From an uncultured Candidatus Saccharibacteria bacterium (GTDB lineage Bacteria; Patescibacteriota; Minisyncoccia; Phycocordibacterales; DATDWN01), in assembly GCA_964469605.1 (NCBI GenBank), contig CAYXZA010000001.1, positions 6,899 through 70,898 on the forward strand: DNA of 64,000 bases. Reading direction: 5' to 3'. This document shows positions 58,732 to 64,000 of the stretch, piece by piece. The notes under the pieces were generated by a model. It saw only the letters and a list, made by a program, of their open reading frames with translations. It ran no database searches and was not told the origin of the DNA. Position numbers and translations under genes: made by a program. Each line of letters begins with the position of its first letter. Positions within the stretch are counted from its first letter, which is position 1.

Positions 58732-59064
58732 TTATAACAATCTACTTCCTATCTCTATTTTTTCAGAAACATTTAACAGTGAAAAATCCTCTCCACTTGA
58801 AACAGCAAAAAGCATACCGTTACTTTCCATACCCATCATCTCTCTTGGCTTGAGGTTTGTAATAAACGGACATTTAACGCCAACTAAAACAGATTGATCT
58901 GGGAAAAATTTTGCTATTCCTGATAAAATAACTCTGGGACTTTCCTCACCAACATCAACGAGAAGTTTCAAGAGTTTGTTTGAACCTTCAATATTTGAAA
59001 CTTCAAGTATCTTCCCTATCTTTATCTCAACTTTTTTTAAATCATCTATATCTATTTTTTCCAT
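58732..59064 (-). CDS. Stand-alone tRNA-binding OB domain (MetRS C-terminal/Trbp111-like)
   Basis: 'KLLKLLVDVGE..RVILSGI','NLKPREMMGMESNGM'. Confidence 0.9.
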   Translation of the reverse strand: MEKIDIDDLKKVEIKIGKILEVSNIEGSNKLLKLLVDVGEESPRVILSGIAKFFPDQSVLVGVKCPFITNLKPREMMGMESNGMLFAVSSGEDFSLLNVSEKIEIGSRLL

Positions 59065-59065
59065 T

Positions 59066-59458
59066 TTAATTTGAATTTATTTTATCTAAATAACCTTGTA
59101 ATATAAGTGAAGCAGCGGAAGCATCATGCATATCATTTTCTCCAGTAAATCTTTTTGCTTCAACAGATGTTAAAAACTCTGGATGAAAGACGACTGGCAA
59201 ATCTGAAACCTTTGAAAAATCATCTTTAAAGATTTTAATTTTTTCCATTATTGGATTCTCATTGCCACTAAAATCTTTTGACTCACCCAAGACCAAAGTT
59301 TTAATATTGTTTTTTTGGCAAATTTCTAATATTTCAGAAACTATATTTTTTGAGTTTTTTAAAACAATAAGTGGAAATGCTATTTTACCCAAATCATCAG
59401 AAACAGCTAATCCTATATTTTTTAAACCAAAATCAACACCTAAATATTTATTAAACAT
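59066..59458 (-). CDS. ruvX: Pre-16S rRNA nuclease / resolvase RuvX (YqgF)
   Basis: 'LGVDFGLKNIGLAVSD', 'E.LTS', 'DASAASLILQGYL'. Confidence 0.92.
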   Translation of the reverse strand: MFNKYLGVDFGLKNIGLAVSDDLGKIAFPLIVLKNSKNIVSEILEICQKNNIKTLVLGESKDFSGNENPIMEKIKIFKDDFSKVSDLPVVFHPEFLTSVEAKRFTGENDMHDASAASLILQGYLDKINSN

Positions 59459-59533
59459 TTTATAAATCTAACATAAAAACAGTAAAAAAACAGCAAATCT
59501 AAATTTGCATAATTTGCTTTTTTTCAGTAATAT

Positions 59534-59746
59534 ATGAAAATGACTGATATAAATCCAGTTATATTGATTGTTATCTTTCTTTGGAGCCTCCCTTGGAAAG
59601 GATTGGCCTTATGGAAAGCATCGAGACTAAATCACAGAAACTGGTTTATAGTTCTGCTTTTAGTCAACACTTTGGCAATAGTTGATATATATTACATATA
59701 TAAAATTGCAAATAAATACAAAGTGGAAGTTGAAGAATCAGTTTAA
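59534..59746 (+). CDS. DUF5652-like small membrane protein
   Basis: 'WSLPWKGLALWKAS....NWFIVLLLVNT'. Confidence 0.8.
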   Translation: MKMTDINPVILIVIFLWSLPWKGLALWKASRLNHRNWFIVLLLVNTLAIVDIYYIYKIANKYKVEVEESV

Positions 59747-59755
59747 ATTAAATAC

Positions 59756-59842
59756 GGATGGGTGGCCGAGTGGTTTAAGGCAACAGTCTTGAAAACTGTC
59801 GTGCTCGTAAGGGTACCGTGAGTTCGAATCTCACCCCATCCG
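59756..59842 (+). tRNA. tRNA-Ser(TGA)
   Basis: Cloverleaf with long variable arm; loop CTTGAAA; G discriminator. Confidence 0.96.
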
Positions 59843-60145
59843 CATCGTAATATCATCGGATGTATTTGCCATCAGATTGAACAGAGAACGCAAGGTAAAA
59901 CTTAGCGTTTTTTTGTTTAAGATACAGTTAGAAAGTAAGAAACCTAAAAGTTGTCATTTTCCTTTACTTCTTTACTTCAGAACTCATAAAGATTTCTTGC
60001 TCATTTAGCTAGATTTAACATTGTATTTACACTGATATAAAACTGTTCATCAGCATCAGAATGACCCCATATCTGTTCAAGTAATTCTGATTACTTTCAT
60101 TTATACTCTCTCAATAAGCTGTCATACATTTCATCTGTAATTCCC
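59831..60145 (-). pseudogene. Decayed C-terminal fragment of a large serine recombinase
   Basis: Across stops and frameshifts: ITDEMYDSLLREYK..LLEQ..HSDADEQFYISVNTMLNLAK..IFMSSEV..QLLGFLLSNCILNKKTLSFTLRSLF..ITMRMG*, ending inside the tRNA-Ser antisense. Confidence 0.6.
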
Positions 60146-60197
60146 CATAGTTGACATTTAATAAAAAAGATTTATGCTATTCTTTAGAGGAGTAATT

Positions 60198-60539
60198 ATG
60201 GGAAAAGTCATCCCATTCAAAAAAAATCCAAACAAGCCAGTACAAACACGCCATTCAAGTGTAGGTCTGCACAAAAATATTGCGCCTCTGATTCCTGGTC
60301 TGGAAAGTGAATTAAACAGAATTGGAATCGAGATTGATCCTGTATTAAAAATCCGTGCTTATCTTAATTCCCTTCAGGGATACATATCGCAACACGCGAT
60401 TGCAACAGGAAGAAACATACTAAAAAACTACACTCTCGAAGAACTTAAAACTTTCGCCAAAAACAGCAATGAAAATCAATGGAATGCTAAACCTGGATAC
60501 TTCGTCGCTCTGTGCGATGAAATCGATGCTCGAGGATAA
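60198..60539 (+). CDS. Hypothetical protein
   Basis: SD GAGGAG before ATG 60198 (MGKVIPF); TTGACA promoter at ~60151; terminator at 60541-60583. Confidence 0.6.
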   Translation: MGKVIPFKKNPNKPVQTRHSSVGLHKNIAPLIPGLESELNRIGIEIDPVLKIRAYLNSLQGYISQHAIATGRNILKNYTLEELKTFAKNSNENQWNAKPGYFVALCDEIDARG

Positions 60540-60652
60540 TGCCCGTCTTCCTGTACAGTAAAATCTGTCTCAAGGCGGGTTTTCTGTTACCAAATAGTTT
60601 ATACTATATTCCTAGCCACCATGGTTCCAACTTCGAACCACACTCCCCGCAT

Positions 60653-60708
60653 TCAAAAAATGGCTCAAATATTGAGTCATTTTTACCCAAGGTAAGATAT
60701 GAACTTTT
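60653..60708. repeat. Junction module homologous to 61512-61569
   Basis: tcaaaa.atggct.aaat.tt.ag.c..tttt...gtaagata..aa.tttt in both; hairpin. Confidence 0.6.
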
Positions 60709-60732
60709 CTAATAATTTGATATTATGTTGCT

Positions 60733-61449
60733 ATGAACAAAAACAAACAAATGGTTACTGACCCTGTTATATCAGCTCAGCAACCACATAAATACTTGGG
60801 AATTTTTGGGATGCTTTGGGTTACAGTTTTATTGGTAGGAACTTTTACCTCGTTAAAAACCTTCTATATTGGTAGTTTTGTATTTTCTGTTGGAGCAATT
60901 GCATATCCATTTGTGTATATATTTGCAGATATTTTTACAGAAGTATATGGCTACAGAGTGACCCGAAAAATTGTTTGGACTGGATTTGCTTGTATGCTTC
61001 TATCCACAACCCTAACTTCTATTTATAGTTTTGTTCCTAACCCTGGCTTTGAATACAACGATGCATTTAATTTGATTTTTAGGTCTGCTCCAATTGTTGC
61101 ACTAGGTTTTATTATTGCGTTCTTTGCTGGAGAACTTACAAACTCATACATTGTTGCGAAAATGAAATTGTGGACTAAGGGTAAATATGTAGGTGCAAGA
61201 CTTGTTATATCTACTTTATTTGGACAAACAGTTGATAATACAATAGCTTTCTTTACCGCCTTTTATTTTGCTGGATGGTTTACTGCAAGTGAAATAATCC
61301 CTTTAACTATTACAACTGTTGTCTTCTGTACAACTTGGGAAATAATCGCACTGCCTATAACCCAAAAAGTAATAAAAATTATTAAGCACAAAGAAGGACT
61401 AGATACTTATGACTACGGGACTAACTTCAGCCCATTTAGTTTAAAGTAG
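60733..61449 (+). CDS. yhhQ: Queuosine precursor transporter (YhhQ/Vut_1)
   Basis: 'DIFTEVYGY', 'AFFAGELTN', 'ST..GQ.VD', 'GLDTYD..TNF.PF'. Confidence 0.9.
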   Translation: MNKNKQMVTDPVISAQQPHKYLGIFGMLWVTVLLVGTFTSLKTFYIGSFVFSVGAIAYPFVYIFADIFTEVYGYRVTRKIVWTGFACMLLSTTLTSIYSFVPNPGFEYNDAFNLIFRSAPIVALGFIIAFFAGELTNSYIVAKMKLWTKGKYVGARLVISTLFGQTVDNTIAFFTAFYFAGWFTASEIIPLTITTVVFCTTWEIIALPITQKVIKIIKHKEGLDTYDYGTNFSPFSLK

Positions 61450-61587
61450 AAGAGTTCTTGGTTCATTTCTGTCAAATCACTAGTTCTAAAAACATCTAAC
61501 CATTCCATCACTCAAAATATGGCTTAAATTTTTAGCCGTATTTTGCACTAGCAGTAAGATACAAATTTTAGTACACTTTTAACCACA

Positions 61588-62283
61588 ATGAATAAAATAG
61601 ATAAAAGATTTGCAAATAGAATAGGAGTGGAATATAACTTATTTCCTTTAGCTGCTCCACACTACAATGAACTTCAATTTAAATTAGCTGAATTGATTAT
61701 TAAATACAAAGTTAAAAATCCAATAATTTTAGAAATTGGATGTGGAACTGGTCTTACTACTACGGAATTACATAAAGCTAGACCAGATGCAAAAATTGTT
61801 GCTATTGATGCGGAAGAAATTATGGTTAAACAAGCTAAAAGTTTTTTAGCCGATAATAAAATAGAAATCGTTTGGATTGATGCTTTGGAATATTTAAAGA
61901 AACTGGAATCACAAAGTTTAGATATAGTAGTTTCAGCTTTCTGTCTACACAATACACCCTTAAAATACAGGAGAGAGGTTTTTGAAGAAATCAGTAGAGT
62001 ATTAAAGCCGAACGGACTTTGCATCAATGGAGATAAAATTGCACTAGATAACGAAGAAGCACACAAAAAAACTTTAGAAAAACAAATAGAAGCATTTGCT
62101 GTATTCAAAAATACGGAATATCCAGAACTTCAAGAAGAGTGGACAAAACATTATCTTGAAGACGATAAAACAAAACTTACTGAAAAGGAACAAATGGAAC
62201 TGTTAAAACTAGCTGGTTGTCAAGATATAAAAATGAAGCAACGTTGGTTAATGGATGCTATATATGTTGGAATAAAGAAATAA
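61588..62283 (+). CDS. Class I SAM-dependent methyltransferase
   Basis: 'LEIGCGTG', 'SAFCLHN', 'LKPNG'. Confidence 0.88.
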   Translation: MNKIDKRFANRIGVEYNLFPLAAPHYNELQFKLAELIIKYKVKNPIILEIGCGTGLTTTELHKARPDAKIVAIDAEEIMVKQAKSFLADNKIEIVWIDALEYLKKLESQSLDIVVSAFCLHNTPLKYRREVFEEISRVLKPNGLCINGDKIALDNEEAHKKTLEKQIEAFAVFKNTEYPELQEEWTKHYLEDDKTKLTEKEQMELLKLAGCQDIKMKQRWLMDAIYVGIKK

Positions 62284-62369
62284 AAGTTTTAATTACTATT
62301 ACAAAATATTACAGTTACCAATTTTATAAACACACAAAACTACTACCACAATCTGCTATAATATCTATT

Positions 62370-63140
62370 ATGTATAAATCACACTCAACAGAGTATTATA
62401 AAGCTCGTTTTGGTCTACCAGAAGATTACACCATTAATGGTTTATTATCTTACGGAGCATGGGACGAACAAAAACATTTCAACAAGATTCATAAAATACT
62501 AGATGAATTGAATATAAAATATTCAAGCAAACAGTTGACTGGATTTTTAAGTCATATTTATGAAATAGAAATTCAAGGAAAACTCTATTGGTTTACCCTT
62601 TTATACGGAGGAGCTATGTTATCAGAATATACACACCTAGCCTGTCTATTTGGTTCAAATAAAAATATACACATAGGAAGTTGTGGTGGACTATATCCTC
62701 AAATGAATTCTTTGGATTTTCTCATTCCTAAATGGAGTTTTGGCAACGATAGCATAACAAGAGTATATAACCGAAACTCGACAGACTTTAAACATTATTC
62801 AAACGAAAAACTTTCAAAATCCTTGAAAGAAAAAATAACACTTTCAAACAAAATATGGGATGGACCTATTGTAACTTGCCAAGGTATGATGGGAGAAACT
62901 TTTGAAGATGTCCAGAATTGGTCAAAAGATGGTTTCTATGGAGTGGAGATGGAGACTTCTACAGTTTTTTCTGTATCTAATTTTCACAAAATCCCCTGCG
63001 CTTCACTAGTTTATGTATCAGACAATATGATCAAGGGTCAAACCATAGGAGACGAAAGTCATATTGCAGAAAAAGAGCTGAGGGAAAAATCAAAAGATGA
63101 AGTTTACAAAGCTGGCCTTAAAGTTCTTATTGAAAATTAA
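62370..63140 (+). CDS. Nucleoside phosphorylase family protein
   Basis: 'IGSCGGL', 'GVEMETS', 'VSDN'; start moved to ATG 62370 after TGcTATAAT. Confidence 0.82.
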   Translation: MYKSHSTEYYKARFGLPEDYTINGLLSYGAWDEQKHFNKIHKILDELNIKYSSKQLTGFLSHIYEIEIQGKLYWFTLLYGGAMLSEYTHLACLFGSNKNIHIGSCGGLYPQMNSLDFLIPKWSFGNDSITRVYNRNSTDFKHYSNEKLSKSLKEKITLSNKIWDGPIVTCQGMMGETFEDVQNWSKDGFYGVEMETSTVFSVSNFHKIPCASLVYVSDNMIKGQTIGDESHIAEKELREKSKDEVYKAGLKVLIEN

Positions 63141-63261
63141 ACAGCTTAAATACACAACACTTATATATTAAAATAGGAATTTAATATATAAATATTTTAT
63201 TAAATTTTTCTAAGTAAATATTATTGAGACACTAAAACTGACCACTAAAAGATAATGGATT

Positions 63262-64000
63262 TTACTGAGATAAACCTATTTTAATACCCATTAATTTCCA
63301 ATTTGGATATTCATATATATATTTTAGTTGAAAATTAATTGTCGAAGAATTTTGGTAAGGATAATAACCTTTGAGAATCAGAATCTCATCCTCATTGATT
63401 ATTGGTTTTTCGGTAAACACAAGGTCAGTATCCTTCAAATTGGTTATATCTATTTTTTGATCTACAAAAGATTTGAATATATCTTGAATTTTTTCAGGAG
63501 TTATTTGATTTTGCCAAAACTTTGATATTGACGAATAAAACACAGAAAAATCATTATTCTTTACCGCCTCGGCAAAAAGTTGTATAGAATCATTTGTTAA
63601 TTTTACTAAATCAGTATCACTGGGAATAGTTTTTGTTTGAGACACTCCCCTTTTCACATCAATACCTAAAATCTTCCACTTTCCATCTTCTTTTATTAGG
63701 CTAATTTTTACTGGAACTGTTTGGTTATTTTTGGTTTTAATATTACCTTCAAGTTCGGCAATGCCTGGATTTATCGTTCTTGAATTCCAAAAAACACTAT
63801 TAAAATCATTTATGGAATATGTTTCGATAAAAATTTTAAAATTTTCTAATGTTGTTTTGTCTTTAAATTGTATAGACAAAGTTTCATATGCACTATCAAT
63901 TTGACCATTTTTTATTAATGAAAAGAAATTATCTGCTGATTTAGCCGCACCACTTGTAAGATAGAAAACTAGACTAATAATAATTCCGATTGAAACAATA
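63262..64000 (-). CDS. Membrane-anchored hypothetical protein with two NTF2-like repeats (5' end beyond window)
   Basis: Frame stays open to the window edge; 'LIKEDGKWKILGI' and 'YIYEYPNWKLMGI'. Confidence 0.6.
   Translation of the reverse strand, partial: IVSIGIIISLVFYLTSGAAKSADNFFSLIKNGQIDSAYETLSIQFKDKTTLENFKIFIETYSINDFNSVFWNSRTINPGIAELEGNIKTKNNQTVPVKISLIKEDGKWKILGIDVKRGVSQTKTIPSDTDLVKLTNDSIQLFAEAVKNNDFSVFYSSISKFWQNQITPEKIQDIFKSFVDQKIDITNLKDTDLVFTEKPIINEDEILILKGYYPYQNSSTINFQLKYIYEYPNWKLMGIKIGLSQ

Noticed and set aside
59831-60145. TGA recoding (code 25) to explain stops in the recombinase remnant
   Set aside because: The remnant also has TAA stops and frameshifts, and TGA ends intact genes such as ftsK
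62285-62345. A third recombinase-tail junction before the phosphorylase gene
   Set aside because: Similarity too weak and the hairpin module is absent
1-64000. Complete DGR (reverse transcriptase, Avd, template repeat)
   Set aside because: No ORF with RT motifs and no AAC-rich non-coding copy of any cassette 3' end seen on either strand
1-64000. CRISPR array or cas genes
   Set aside because: No run of equal-length repeats with unique spacers; the repeats are coding duplications or dispersed palindromes

Overview
AT-rich bacterial chromosome segment in standard genetic code. It is most consistent with Patescibacteria/CPR (Parcubacteria): a typical S-layer-like protein, an alpha2-type GlyRS, a split MetRS, IleRS with an inserted histidine-phosphatase domain, rplK with no rplA, pilMNO, and many apparently leaderless genes. 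The backbone carries translation, repair, envelope and pilus genes plus five tRNAs (His, Leu, Val, Arg, Ser). Accessory features of note: (1) three GC-rich, separately promoted cassettes between alr and argS that encode DGR-target-like proteins and share near-identical promoter, leader and terminator modules, with no RT or template repeat in the window; (2) a four-gene pyrimidine operon built around an 804-aa MtrA-like/DUF4346-like/thymidylate-synthase fusion; (3) tRNA-anchored elements: fold-back elements matched to their host tRNA (Leu, Arg), an island at tRNA-Val bounded by ~200-bp inverted repeats and containing a Tyr-codon attenuator, and a decayed serine-recombinase island with cassette-like units at tRNA-Ser; (4) two unannotated hairpin-rich micro-genes and two families of dispersed REP/MITE-like repeats. 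All family assignments come from motif recognition by eye, not database searches.
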